Shown here: one piece after another, positions 52,184 to 64,000 of the stretch | Layout: each line of letters opens with the position of its first letter | Position numbering within the stretch: position 1 is the stretch's first letter | Source of the DNA: Raillietiella orientalis | Taxonomy: Eukaryota | Length of the DNA stretch: 64,000 bases | Reading direction: 5' to 3' | Assembly: GCA_036172245.1 (NCBI GenBank) | Contig: JAYWIR010000029.1 | Span: 1,426,001-1,490,000, forward strand | Program-made: the position numbers and the translations under genes | The notes under the pieces: model-generated | What the model saw: the letters and a program-made list of their open reading frames with translations, nothing else | What the model was told of the DNA's origin: nothing | The model's database searches: none

Positions 52184-52938
52184 AAACGACACCATCTGTT
52201 GTGGAAGGGAATCGGTCGAACGTTCGGTTTTGCTTCCGCCAGCATCTCTTCGCGCTCAGCCAAATTCGTTCACTGCAGATTCCCGATCTGCGTCAGCGCT
52301 CATCTCCAAACTGCACCACTCAAATTTGCTGAAGATGCAGCTCGTGCACACCATGCTGCAGACCCCACCTGGGCTGTTGCGCGCGAAGAACCCCACCGAA
52401 GTCTCTTTCCGAGGTCTCTCGCCCTGCTGTTGCCATCCTTGCGTTCAGTCCGACCGTGATTTCCATCCTGGTTTCGCGTGCCACCCGTTGAACGAAGTGC
52501 AACATCCTCACGAGAACACCTTCGTGGAGGGGAGTATACAAACAGGCAGTCACCGCGAAGGTGTTGGATCTCATCTCGGGATCAGCAAGCGCAGCGGACG
52601 GCAGCGTGGATGCATAACTATGTGGGCAAGGAGTGGTTCGAACATTTCTTTTTATTAACTGTTATTTAACAAAAATATATAAGAGGGTCAGGGGCAGAAC
52701 AAAGCCGTTTTGTACGTAAGGCGCGTCTCGTCTGAGATTGTGGAGTTCTTCAGATGCCCATCCGTTCCTTCCTCTCCTGGAAAAGGTGAGAAGAGTTCAT
52801 GCGCGATAGGCATCCTCACAAGAATTCTCCAGATGGAGAAGATCGGAGAGGCCGAGTCACCGAACAGCACGGTTGAAAAAAAGTTGAGGTTGTTCGTTGT
52901 TCGATCGGCTTTCCCTTCCACAACAGATTGTGTGGTTT
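52184..52938. mobile_element. ~750-bp segment bounded by ~40-bp imperfect inverted repeats (candidate non-autonomous DNA transposon)
   Basis: ATCTGTTGTGGAAGGGAA (52194-52211) is the exact reverse complement of 52911-52928. The match extends imperfectly ~10 bp each way. No clear TSD. Confidence 0.5.
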
Positions 52939-53644
52939 GCGCATTGTAAGATGCTGATCACACTTTTCGCAAAAATTCGGATGCACACAGAGCGTAGCGT
53001 TGGAAAGTCCTTCAAGATGTGTGTTCAGAATTGGTGCTTTTTCTTAGCAATTGCGGGAACGAGTCCGAAGGGACGTCGCCACACCAGTTTATGGCAGTCT
53101 CCTTTTTCGATAGGTCTTCGATCACTTCCTTCTCTCTCTTTGCATTCCTTTGATACTCACTGGCATGGTTTCCTTCGCTGTGTCCTCGCCCGTTGATGTC
53201 TGCGTTGAAATCTCTTGGTATTACCTCCCGTCATAAAACGATCTTTGTACTTCAGCTGGATTCATTACATGAGTTGCTTTAGCCAGCATCACCGTTGGCA
53301 TTCTTCCCTTTGGTAACCAATGTTTTTTGTTTGCAAAACAGCGTCATCCTGAAGTTATCAATCCACTCATTGGCTAATCATCAATGGGTCTCCACAACAT
53401 GGGAGGAAAAAAAAATACTCCAGGAATCCACTGTGTCCTTTCTCTACTGCTTGGTACAAAATTTCAATAATTTTTTTAAAAATATATTCTCTATTAATTC
53501 TAAAACAAGACCCTTCTATTGGTTCAGCACATTCCGGTGATCACAGATACACTTGTGAATTTATAAAAGCGCGCGTGATATTGTGTCTTAAAGCACTTGA
53601 ACATTCTTTTTTGGGGAACGCACACAAATGCGCCTCCGCGTTAA

Positions 53645-54140
53645 CTGCCGTGGCACCGAGAGTTGCGGGTTCGAATCCCCATGTGGAGCATCGACACCGA
53701 GGGCATGTCATGAGTTTCGAGTTCTTGCAAGATGTTGCTGGCTGGCCTCGGGTGCGGCACCTGTAGAAGCGGGAAACCCCTGATATTCCCCCATTGAGAG
53801 GCTGGGATTGGAAGTTGACCATCCGGGGTCCTTCCAGAAATCTCCATTCCTGGAAGGACGAAACCGGAGGGAAAGCCCTTCGGGGTTGCGAAAATGAAGC
53901 CGTCTACCCCTTGGGGGAATCCTCAAGGTAAGAGGAACTTACTCCTTCCTCCGGAACCTTCCTGGAAGCACCTTTTGGAAGCATAGCGTGGTCCCCTCCC
54001 GGGGCATCCCCCTATAACTTGAGTTATTGCACGTACCCTCAGGTGGAACGAGCAGTGTTGAAAAGCTTCGTGCACCTAAAGAGGCGAACGGTTCCTCAGC
54101 ATTTGACGAACCAAAAAGAAGAAAGAAAAGAAAAAAAAGC
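53645..54140 (+). mobile_element. SINE-like family copy with head, internal deletion and A-rich tail
   Basis: Consensus B-box GGTTCGAATCC at 53668-53678, then GTGGAGCATC, GCAAGATG, GCTGG, GGTGCGGCACC, CCCTTCGGGGTTG and GAGGCGAACGGTTC...GAACCAAAAA, all as in 59446-60180. Confidence 0.85.
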
Positions 54141-54431
54141 GGGAGCAAAGCAGAAAAAACAGAAGAACCCAAAGGGATTTGCATAGTGGTCCAGCATGTT
54201 TTTTTAAAAATAAAAGTAAAAATACACGCACATACTAATTTCATGTTAGAAATGACTTAACCTGTCTGGAATAGAAGAATTCCACGAAGGTACCCTAGCA
54301 ACCGAAGAAACCACACTTGTGATTTAAATTCATTGGCGGAGAGATTTTGCTTCGCATGCTCTGAATTCTACCGCCACCGTCCTGGTCTTCAACATTTCGA
54401 AGCAGGTGCTCGTTCTATGAACTGCAGTCCC

Positions 54432-54571
54432 CAAGAGGTGCAATCTATAGAGATCACCGTTTCATGATTGCCAAGTTTGCAAGAGGTGCATTTCTAGAGG
54501 CCACAGTTTCATGATTGCCAAGTTTCCAAGAGGTGCATTTCTAGAGGCCACCGTTTCATGATTGCCAAGTT
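54432..54571. repeat. minisatellite, 3 x 47-48 bp
   Basis: Unit CAAGAGGTGCATTTCTAGAGGCCACmGTTTCATGATTGCCAAGTTTs starts at 54432, 54480 and 54527, with no spacers. Confidence 0.95.
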
Positions 54572-56168
54572 GACAGAAGAAGAATGAAAGAATTTAAAGT
54601 TCTGAAACGGATTGCTTTAAGTTTTGGATGCTTACAACTTGATCATTCGCAAGATCAATCTCATTTCGATATTTGGATTAATGATTCTGTTGTTTCAATT
54701 CTGTGCACGAATGAATTTTGGAAAAAGTATAGCCGAGTAGGTTTGCGAGACTGCATGCGAGTATTGCCCATGGGGAACGAGGAATGCATTCCAAACGTTT
54801 GAGAATTGCTGCTCTCTTCACCTACTTTCTAGGTCTCTTCCATTTCTAAATACTCATTGAAGCACACTTGCTGACAGCGGATAGAATTTCATAGAAATTG
54901 GTAAACTCACAAGAAGAAGTCAGAATGGAGCAAAACAGAAAGTTCTCGCCCAGCCCAAAAATAGGAGAGCATTGCTATCCATGGAAAGGACGCGCCTCCT
55001 ATTTCAAAGCATGCAGACCTGAAAATTTCAACCGTCTAACATTGAAAACTTTAAAAAGTCACTGCGTTTGAAAGAGCTGATTTCCACTCTCAAGAATCAT
55101 TCCAGTCCAGTAATGAAAGGATCATTAATTTGAGCAATCTGTTGAGTGGGGGCGAGAATACCAACTGCAGACAACGACAAGGGACACTCTTTTACAACCA
55201 AACAATAATTTGGCGCCCGTTGACCGCCTGTCTCCGGGAAAAGCTCTCCTTTAACGACGAGAGAAGAAAGAGAAACCAAAGAAAGAAAACTTTGGACAAC
55301 AAAAACGTTCAGTCAATTGATGATTCTTTCGGGCCCGGAGACGTCTCTTCCGATAAATGCATGGGGTTACGCAAGCAGCGCTAGACATTTTCTAGCAGTG
55401 TGCCTGTGACGTCAGACACCCTCACGAGGAGTAGGAAAAAATACGTATCCGGGTAGACTTCTGCTTGCGTTGGTTTCACAGAATCAGGAGAACAGTGAAT
55501 ATTGAAAACAGGAGTAGGTTTTCCCATGTGGGTCATCCGCACTTTAGATCGCGGTGCGCCATTTGCAGATTACCAGCAAGGAACCCTTTTTCGATGCTGC
55601 TTCCCTTTTCAGAACTTGAGTTTTTCGAATTTTTCATCTGGTAGGAGGTCACGTTCTTCTTCAGCGAAGTCGAGTTTTTCTGCATGGTTCGAGTTTGAGT
55701 CTAAATATAACATGTAAAAAAAATTGTTTTCACGCCGAGAGCTAAATAGAGAAAGTTTGCATGGCAACCTCATGGACTGCTGCTGTCTCGAATGAAAGGA
55801 AACCCAAAGGGTTTTAGTCAAGTGTCGAAGTGCGTCACACATTCGGATGGCACCGCTTCTCGTACCAGGTAGTAAACTGCTGAGTGGATGTGGTACGGGA
55901 GTCTCGTCCTACGCAATGTGAGACACCGTCACACTTGCCAAACCCCGTCATGGAATGAGCTGCCCATTATTTATTTTACATGGGATCCCTATTCCCGGTT
56001 CACAGGAGTGGGGTAGTTTCGACTTTTCCGCCCAATCCCGTATTATCTGAGCATAAAATAAGAGAACATCTCTGGCACTATGAGATGCTAGTTGCCGCAG
56101 TAAAAATTAATTCAATCAGACTTTTCGTTTGGACTCTCCTGGACCGACTCTGCGGAACCCGCCCCGGC

Positions 56169-56220
56169 GGCCGTGTGGCTGCGGTCTTTGCGCGTGGTAC
56201 CAAGCGTTGAGGGTTCGAAT
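56169..56220 (+). mobile_element. SINE-like family, isolated tRNA-like head
   Basis: GGCCGTGTGGCTGCGGTC is identical to 59446-59463. TGGTACCAAGCGTTG is identical to the 19.9-kb copy. Ends in GGTTCGAAT. Confidence 0.7.
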
Positions 56221-57199
56221 AAAGGGTAAGGGGTTCGAGGGCAGTGTGGTCCTGGACTGTGCCAGATGCTGGGAACGGGAAACCTTCCCTCACCTGTTTT
56301 TGGATTGCGTTGCCCTCCTGAGGGTCTGGGGAAGCTTCGCTGCGAAGAGGAAGCTTGAGAGAAGCCCATCGGAAGCTTCCCCCAGCTCCCGATGGGCAAC
56401 GGCAGAGAAGGGTTTCGTGGTGCCTCTTCGCGCGCCACTCGATGTCGCCCGCAGCTTCCCTCGCAGCTCCGTACTGCCTCCGCGCGGTCGTGGCAGCGAG
56501 AAACCGCGCCGAAAGAGGCCGGTCCAACGGCGAGGTCATCCCAATCGTCCGCTCCTTCATGAGGAAGGCGACAAGATGGCCACATCTCTGGCAACAAAAA
56601 GAGGAAAAAAAAAAGAGGAAGTCGAAAGGAAAGGGAAAAGAAGGGAAAAAAAAAAAGTGGAAGTCGCCAACATCCTCCGGAGGGTGCTGAGGACGCCGGG
56701 AAGAATCCGTGATCCTTTCCTTTTCCCCCTCCCCCTCCCAACATATTTTTCAACTGAACTTTTGCCTTTTTTGTTTTTTGGTTTTTTTTTTTTTTGTCTA
56801 CCCCCTCCCCCACTTCTTCTGTGAGGATCCCATAGGAGGAGCTGCTCAAGAGAAACAGCGCCTACTAGGCATCTCCCTTCGCAGTGGTGCTACTGTGAAG
56901 CCACCACGAAGGAAGACATTTTTTTTATTTTATATGACTGCTTTTTTGTGTGTGAATATTTTTGTTACAATAAACGTCCCGCCGTGACCAGGTGAAAATG
57001 AAGGATTCGAAGACGCGAAAACACGTATCCGGTGCATGCATATGAACCTTTTAGAGAAGGTGGAGATCCCGCATATGCGCAGGAGGCAAGTACCAAAATA
57101 GACCCGTCCTGAGGATCCCCGAACTTCCGGTCCCCCGGCCAAATCAGTCGACAGATCTGTCCAAACAGCTCGACAGTGCGTTTCATCTTCCCAAGAGCT

Positions 57200-60100
57200 C
57201 GGTCCTGCCCGGAATCATCTCACGTCCGACGGACGAGCTCTTTTCAACTTTGCACTATCGCTTCAGGATCAGAAATGGTCCTGATGGGAGGTCTCCTGGG
57301 GCAAACAAATGCACGCGCAGAAGCCACTCGAAGGTCGAGTTCAGCGTTTACTTTTAGCCAGACCGGGTATCAGCAGCGATTCTGAAAAGAGAAAAAGAAG
57401 GAGGGGAGAGGGAAAGGGAGCAGTACCCTCTTCTAGGGTGGCTCAGACTATGCTTGACCATTCCGGTCCGATACCCTTTTCGAATAGGATGGACTCTCCG
57501 AGCGCAGATGGGCAGCTTCCCGGTATCGCTCCGGAATATGACGAGCAGACGCACCATCTGGGTGTTCCGCTGCATCTTGCCGAGACATTCAGCTCCTTCA
57601 TTCTCCTCCCTGTTCCAACCCAGACAGCTACTAAGCATCTCAGGGGGTTCGCTCTGAGTGGGCCTTTCGGGAAGGAGGGATTCGCCAGCCGGAGTTCGCC
57701 ATCGGCTCTTGGAGTCCGGAAAGCATAGGTACTCATGGATGCCAAAGATACTTGGCTTCCGCTCATTGTGAATTTGGTGCTCGAGTCAGTGCCATCTTTT
57801 GCGGAAAGTTCCAATTTGATCGGAATCCGACACCCACTCTTCGCGCACTGCCCACCTCGATTCGAAGATCTCTGGTCGGCAGGTCCCATCCCGTGACCCG
57901 CCCACGATTTGTTTTCCTTCTGACCTTGAAAAGCGCAGGGGAACCGAGGGTGAAAGGTTTGCTCGCCACCTCTTGCAGTGCAGAACCAGGACGCAAGCGC
58001 TTGGCAGCTGCGCACCTTTCCAAAGCGGCAGGAGTACTGGGACGCCTGCAGGGAAGTGGGAAGGCACTGCGGTAAGGGTGCCTCTCGAAAGGCGTTGCCA
58101 TCCGAGCAGCCACCAACCTTCCGAGCGAAGACCGCCGCTCACTGAGCTCTTTGACGCTCTTTCTTGGGACTCACGGCAGGTTCAAGAGACTCGCTCGGCG
58201 CCGGGCGCGGAAAGTGGACCTCGAATAGGCAGCGCGGGATGTCCTCGAAGAGCATCGCTGGGAAACGAGCCACTGCTGCGCACTCGCTGGTCCTCCGTTC
58301 TGCAGAGGAGCCTCTCCGACCGCCGGAAGCGATCCTCACGACGACTGAGATCTGCCATCTTCGAAACGCACGCGCTTCATGTTTCATCTGCTTCTTCCTT
58401 CCTTGGAGCGTTCGGCTGGCTTCCTGAGAAGAGGAGCACACCAAACGCTTCTTGCAAAGAAACGGTGCTGCCCACATCCGTGGTGAGCAAACGAGACCGG
58501 GCGAGATCGACGGAATCTCCAGAGTCAAGCAGCCGCATGCTGTCCGGAAGGAAGCGGGTGGTTCGTGGGATCAGCAGCTCTGTAAGGCGAAGCCGGTCGC
58601 TGCTGCGAACCCACCCCTCGTCACAAGGCAGGGAGGAGCGCCCGACCGAAGGAGGTGCGGAGCTCCGCTGGAATGCACGCGTGCGTGGGAAGAGCCGGTT
58701 TCGCTTGCTGCCTCTCTCTCTCTGTCCTGCCGGAGAACAGGTTTTTGGTTCCACCAGTGCGCAGAAGCCGTTGGCCAAATAAACCTGCTCCCTGTAACTT
58801 CTTGAAGGCGAGCACGCGCCTTCCGGAAGCGCTTCTGCGTTTTCCTGGGTCACATGCATTCCGGGCAGCTGAGCGGGGAAAGCGGCCACGTTTTCCCGGT
58901 GGAACCCTGTCTGCGCAGAAAGGCCTCTCGCGCACAGATAGGTCTCTCCTCGGAAACAGAAAGCGCGCCCGTCACCTCCAGAGATGCCAGGCGGGAATAC
59001 CCTCGTATGCAGCGGAAGGCGCAGCGGTGCTTGAGCGGAGGCTGCACCCCTAAACCCTCGCGTCTTCCAGCCTCAGAAGAACGGATCCATCCTCGCCGAG
59101 GCCAAGCCAATGATGCTGCGGTCCAGCCAGAGAAACCCTTCAGAAGGTTTTTTTTTTTTTCGTTTTTGCGAGACGCTTGGGTAAACGCAGAGCCGACTTC
59201 CTCTGGCGCGCTGCTGCTGCCGCTGCCACCGAAACGCTGGGTGCGCATCGTCGGAGCGCAGGAGATGGCTGATGAAGAAGAAGCACAAAAAGACGTCTGG
59301 AAATTAGAGGAGGTCTGACAGGGCGGCGGAGGCATGAAAGGGGTGGGCCACAGCGAGAGCTCCACGGACAGGTGCGCTTTCTGAGAAGCGGTGGACGAGA
59401 AGATCTTTTGAGAGACCGCCCGCTCGCGAAACGGTCCGTGCTGGAGGCCGTGTGGCTGCGGTCCCCATGTGCCTGGCATCAGGCGTTGCGAGTTCGATTC
59501 CCCACGTGGAGCATCAGCACCGAGAACGGGGGGTCTGACCGTGGGTTCTGAGTTCCCCTCGCAAGATGACGCTGGTTGGCCTGTAGACTTTAGGTGCGGC
59601 ACCAGTGGAAGCCAGAAGCCTCCGTTGACTAGCCAGAATTGGAATTCGACCCTCCAGGATCCCTTCTAGGAATCGAGGAACCCTTCGGGGTTGTCCCTTT
59701 CCGGTTGTCAAAACGAAGCCGTTACCATGGAGCTAGTTGATACCCTCCTCGGGGAGTGCCTCTCGAGAGCGTCAACAAACGCGCTTCTACCTTCGGGGAG
59801 AGCCATTCAGGAAAATCGGAGAGCATCTCTTCGAGGTTCTCTTCAGAGGAGGAGGAAACCAGGAGCGGATCCTTTCCGGGGGATTCCTAAGGAGAAGAAA
59901 CGAAGAGTGGTCCCTTCCAGGGGTCTCTCCGGAGAGAACAAGGAAGAGATTCCTTTCTGGGTTCCCTCCCAAGCGTCAGGGGAACAGACTAGGATCTGGA
60001 GAAACGGACTTACTCCAGATCCCTTCCTGGATTCATAGGGTTGTCCCCTCACTGAGTGCATCTCTACCTTGAAGAGTGACACGCGCTCCCGTGGTGCGTG

Positions 60101-63080
60101 GACTGCATTAAAGGGCTTCGTGACCACCTCCCCTTTCCCTAAGGAGGCGAACGGTTCTTTGGCACTTGGTGAACCAAAAAGAAGCTGCAAGAAGGAAGCG
60201 AGAGATACGCCGCCTGCACTTCCCGAAGGAGGGAGGAGAGGAAGAGACTCACGCTCTCTCGAGTGGGCCATCTCCCACCCATCCGGGAAAGGGATTTCTT
60301 CGGGAACGAATGGATGCCGTCACCGTTCGTATCCATGGAATCAAGGAATCGGGACCCGCGACAGCAGCGGGAAGAGTGGGCTGCTTGGAGAGAGCGTGGA
60401 ACGCTGCTCCGTCGGCGGATTTCCAGAAGACTCCGCCTACCAAGGACACCGTCCGGGCCGCGAGGGACAGAGAGACGAGGGACGCGCAGGATCAGGGAAT
60501 CCGGTAGGCCAGCTCCATCCTCCGAGGACACCTCCTGGACGCGAGAGCTGGCCACGCCTTGTTCTTCCTGTGACTCTAGCAGCGGCGGAGGGATGTGCCC
60601 GCACGGCGATCTCCTCGCCCGTGGTCCGCAGAGGGAGACAAGGCTCTTCCCCACGCCTGGGAGTCCTCCACCCCTCTTCCTGCACCGCCATCGCTGGCTG
60701 TCTCCGCTTAAGGAAAGCGAAGAGAAACGGACCGGCAGCAGGGGTATCCCAGCCGGCGCTTCGGGAAGTCACCCTCGGGTCCGACCTCAGGTCTCACCCC
60801 GCCTCCCGCTCCCGCATGGCGAAAGCGCACGCCAGATGGAGTCCCGGAATTCCTTCTGAGAAGGCTCCTGTGCACCCCCGTATGACGCCACTCCTTTCCC
60901 CCCGTTCCCACGGATGCTCCCGTGCCGCCTCTTCCCAGAGCCGCGCAAACAACTGACACTGTCTCACCAGACCCTTCTCTTCTCCGGGCACGGACGACGG
61001 CAGGAGCGCGGCCCGTAATCTTCCCGACACCCTCTCCCCCTTCCGTTTCAGAGCTACGCGCTTCTCCCGCAAGGAGTGGCAGGTCTCCTCTCTTCCTCCT
61101 CCTCTTCTCTTTTTCCTCCATTCCTCCTCCTCCTTCTCCTTCTCCTCCCTTCCTCTCCCTGAGAGGTGCAGCCGTAGAAAGGGGCAGGGAGGGTTGACCG
61201 ACAACCACCCCTCCTTTGGCCGAGGTGGTCCATGAAGATCCTCCTCCTTCTCCACCTCCAGACCAGCGAAGACCTGACACGCCCACTCCCGTCCTGACGG
61301 GAAGGTCCCACGGGAGGAGGGAGGGGAGAGCCTGCCGTTCCCTCCCCCTGCACGCTCGCCACTCCCCGCATTACCTCCCTGGCACAGGTGAGGGACCCTG
61401 GGGCAAAAAAAGAGGACCAGATCCCCCGCTCGGGGACCTCTGGCTCCAGGTCAGCCTTCGATCCAGTAGCCTCGAAAGGCTCTGCAGATTCCTGCTTTCC
61501 GCTCCCGCCTGTTGCTTCCGGGATCGAAGTGGTGCTTCCCGGAGTGGTGCTCTCCGGGTCCAAAGCGCCTCTTCCGGATGCAGCCTGACCATCCAGGAAG
61601 ACAGGCAGTTTCCATGCCGGGAGCCCTCTTCCGGGTTTCTTACGCGGGCCTTCTCGTTCCCGCCTCCATCCGGCTTCCAGCTCCAGGAGCACGAGGAGCC
61701 AGGGGGAAAGGGGAGGGGGAGGGAATTGCTGGGAACAAGTCGCTGTCCCGAAGGGGGGAAATGCCTCCTCCGCTCCGGAAAGATAGTGCGCCCCTTCCAG
61801 GGGCTTCAGAAGGTCCCTGAGGTTGGGTGGTGGCCCACACCTCAGGGGTCTTATCCCCTTCATCGGAAGCCTCTCGCTTCCTCCCCTCTTCCTCTGTCTC
61901 TCTCCTGCTCCTCCTTCATTGTGTCCCTGCGATCCCTTCTCTCAGGAGATCAGCTCTACTCTCTGTCCTTTACCGTCCCCCTCCTCAGGCTGGGTAGGAG
62001 CCTCTCGGGATTGAGCCTCTAAGGCCTCTCGAGATGAAATTCCGCGTGCTGCGTGGGCGGGGCACCAGGTGAAATCTTTAGCCAGCAGTGGTCACCGCCA
62101 CACGGAAGAGGAGTCTTCGATGACCTCTCGCGATGTGTCGGTAGAGTGCCCTGGAGGACAGAGGCACGTTTAACTCTCGGGAGTGGTGATTTCCTGGAGA
62201 GTGTCGTCCCAGGAAACGGAGAAGGAGCCGGAAGGGCGAGAGGGCGGGTGCAAAAGGAACATTCGCCGGCGCTGGGTCAATCCAAGATCGCCCTACCCCA
62301 GTACATTCTCACCGACCACACCGCGGAGTCCAGGCGGCGAAAAGGGAAGCAGCGGAGCGCCAATCCCTGAGCCTTTCTCGCCGAGACAGATTCCTGTCCG
62401 CATCTTCCTCTCCCCCAGAGTCGTTCTCATCTGTTGCGAGGGTCATTGCTCTCCCATCCTCTCCCTCTCTCCCGACCCCATGGCGAGCAGGTGGAGGACT
62501 CAGGGAAGGGTCGCTCGGAAACGGCGCCGTGCCGTCCTGTATGTCAGCCCGGGCACATCCAGTCGGTAATCCGACCGGATGCTTCGAGATGAGGTCCCCC
62601 ACGTGTGGCCAAACTCCTGGTAACGGGGAAAACATGGAACGGGAAAGCATGGCAACGCTCCCCCCTTGCTCGCCTGCGTAGGTCAGCAACGCCCGAGTTA
62701 TGCCGCGACAGAGCGCTGCCGTCTCCCACTCCCTAGAGAGCCTTCGAGAAACTTTGAGAGGCTGAATCGCCTCGAAGAGATCTGAGCCCCCTTTCTCAGC
62801 GAGGACGACCACGAGAAGAAGCGAGATGCCTCCTCGATAGCTTTCCTTCCTTACCGGCAGGGGAGCTAAGCCCCAACTTTCGCGCAGGGTCCCCCTTTGC
62901 TGATGAGAGCAGCCGACACACCTCTGAGGGTTTGGGGATGAATTCGAGGCCGCGAAGGTCAAGGGCGCTTCGGGTACCGGGAGGTGCCTTCCGGAGATAC
63001 AGACAAGAAGGAAGGTACTCGAGGCAGGACACTTTTAGTCGCACTCCTTTGGAAATGGCGGAAACATCCAAAGTCAAACG
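57200..63080 (-). mobile_element. decayed near-complete LINE ORF2 (APE-RT-C-terminal region), interrupted by a SINE
   Basis: Ordered minus-strand motifs. APE-like YRGGISLLL and HVGDLISKHP (ORF 62309-62962), GRSWID (~62285). RT-like PRGPDGV...FPKK...VSLFLSSLLREV (ORF 60139-60654), LAFKKLQGAGLFGQRLL (ORF 58621-58935), EGWVRSSDRLRLTELLI and LLDSGDSVDLA (ORF 58377-58889). C-terminal RLLVIFRSDTGKLPICARR (ORF 57354-57638). Confidence 0.65.
59446..60180 (+). mobile_element. SINE-like family, most complete copy (~735 bp or more)
   Basis: tRNA-like head (A-box-like GTGGCTGCGG, B-box GTTCGATTC at 59492-59500, then GTGGAGCA). GC-rich body and 3' end GCACTTGGTGAACC-An. Homologous to five other loci in the window. 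Confidence 0.85.
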
Positions 63081-64000
63081 AAGGGTGTCACTGTCATCTG
63101 TGGTCCAGGATGCGGAAAACGGTGGCCATAGACGAGAGCATCAGTGACATCCTCTGCCGTTGCGCGATCATCCACCCTCATCCGCCACTCTTCTTCTGTT
63201 CTTCTTCATCAGTGCTGTATCAGCTTTCCCTCCAGCTGCAGCTACAGAAGCGGAGCTTTTCAGAAGAAAATGGATGAACAGTGGGCGGAATATGCTTAAG
63301 CAGCCCCTGAGCTGCCAGGTGGAGGACCTCGCAGGATCCCGCTAGTGCCTCCATCAGATCACGAAGATCCATTTCTGCCCCAGACCCGGACGGTGTTTTC
63401 GTTGACCTCCGATCTGAATGGATGCCAGTTAGAAGGGAAAGCGTCGGGACACCAACACGCAGTCGGCGATTGCTCGTGGCAGATGCTGCTGCAAGCTGAC
63501 GAAACGAAACGACGAGCTCCAACATCTTGCAGAGTCGCGTGGAAAGCTAATGGTAAAGCTCCATCTGATGGGAAGAAGCAGATGTACCCAGGTTTCCGGA
63601 GCTGAAGAAAAATAGAGGTTTTCTGAGCGATACACGGAAGTGTGGAAAAGTAGCAGGCGAAACGCAACTGCAGTATGTCAGCGACCGAGCGACAGATTTT
63701 ACAAGAAGGAAATTTCTTCAGGACGTTTCCTATCACAGATCACGAATTCTTCTTACCAATGAGCAACGGCACATTCTCTCATATCTCTTCACAACGAAAA
63801 GCGACTCAGGTTGGGTGTCAGTGGCCAGGAACATGGCGCGATTCGATTCCGGAAACAGCACTCTTGCAGGGGCACCTGAACCTGATGAAATCCTTTTCCA
63901 TGGTGCTTCCCAAGTGACGAATCTGTCGCTGTGCTTTCTAAGGGCAGTCAGGCAGCTTTAAATGATATGATGCAAGCATTTACGGACACTCCGAACCCGC

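Noticed and set aside
53645..53690. tRNA gene (also at 59446, 56169 and 19880)
   Set aside because: A B-box/T-arm is present, but I could not build a full cloverleaf. Three of these continue into the shared repeat body and the fourth matches the same head, so they are SINE heads.
54432..54571. CRISPR-like array
   Set aside because: The units are contiguous with no unique spacers, there are no cas genes, and the context is eukaryotic.
55097..55170. DEAD-box motif Ia-like ILAPTQQIAQI
   Set aside because: No Walker A or DExD motif was found in the neighbouring exon-like segments.
60069..62022. Multiple overlapping 150-295 aa ORFs
   Set aside because: They are Arg/Pro/Ser/Gly-rich frames expected from GC-rich decayed retroelement DNA, with no coherent domain on the + strand.
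63160..63345. Signal-peptide-like ORF (LLLFFFISAVSAFP)
   Set aside because: The hydrophobic run arises from a CTT-rich tract, and I could not build a consistent downstream exon chain.

Overview
This is eukaryotic genomic DNA, probably from a protist; the taxon cannot be determined from this window. I see no prokaryotic operons, rRNA, true tRNA genes or CRISPR array. Most six-frame ORFs are spurious or are fragments of exons and decayed transposons. Three layers are visible. (1) Host genes broken by many short GT-AG introns (about 29-65 nt, some about 120 nt), many with A-rich 3' ends. The best supported are a Cys-rich, possibly folate-receptor-fold gene (~12.3-12.7 kb, minus), an orphan multi-exon gene (20.0-20.9 kb, minus) and a locus with two degenerate kinase-like domains (26.1-29.3 kb, plus). 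(2) Many decayed non-LTR retrotransposons, including two near-complete APE-RT ORF2 fossils (4.7-7.5 kb and 57.2-63.1 kb, both minus). (3) Short repeats: a ~750-bp tRNA-headed SINE-like family with six copies and internal hairpin repeats, a TTAA-flanked piggyBac-type MITE, an AT-rich island bracketed by inverted repeats, a ~300-bp foldback and an IR-flanked ~750-bp segment. I found no clearly new multi-gene system. The SINE family, the intron architecture and the dual pseudokinase are the best leads. All motif matches were made by eye, and gene and fossil boundaries are approximate.
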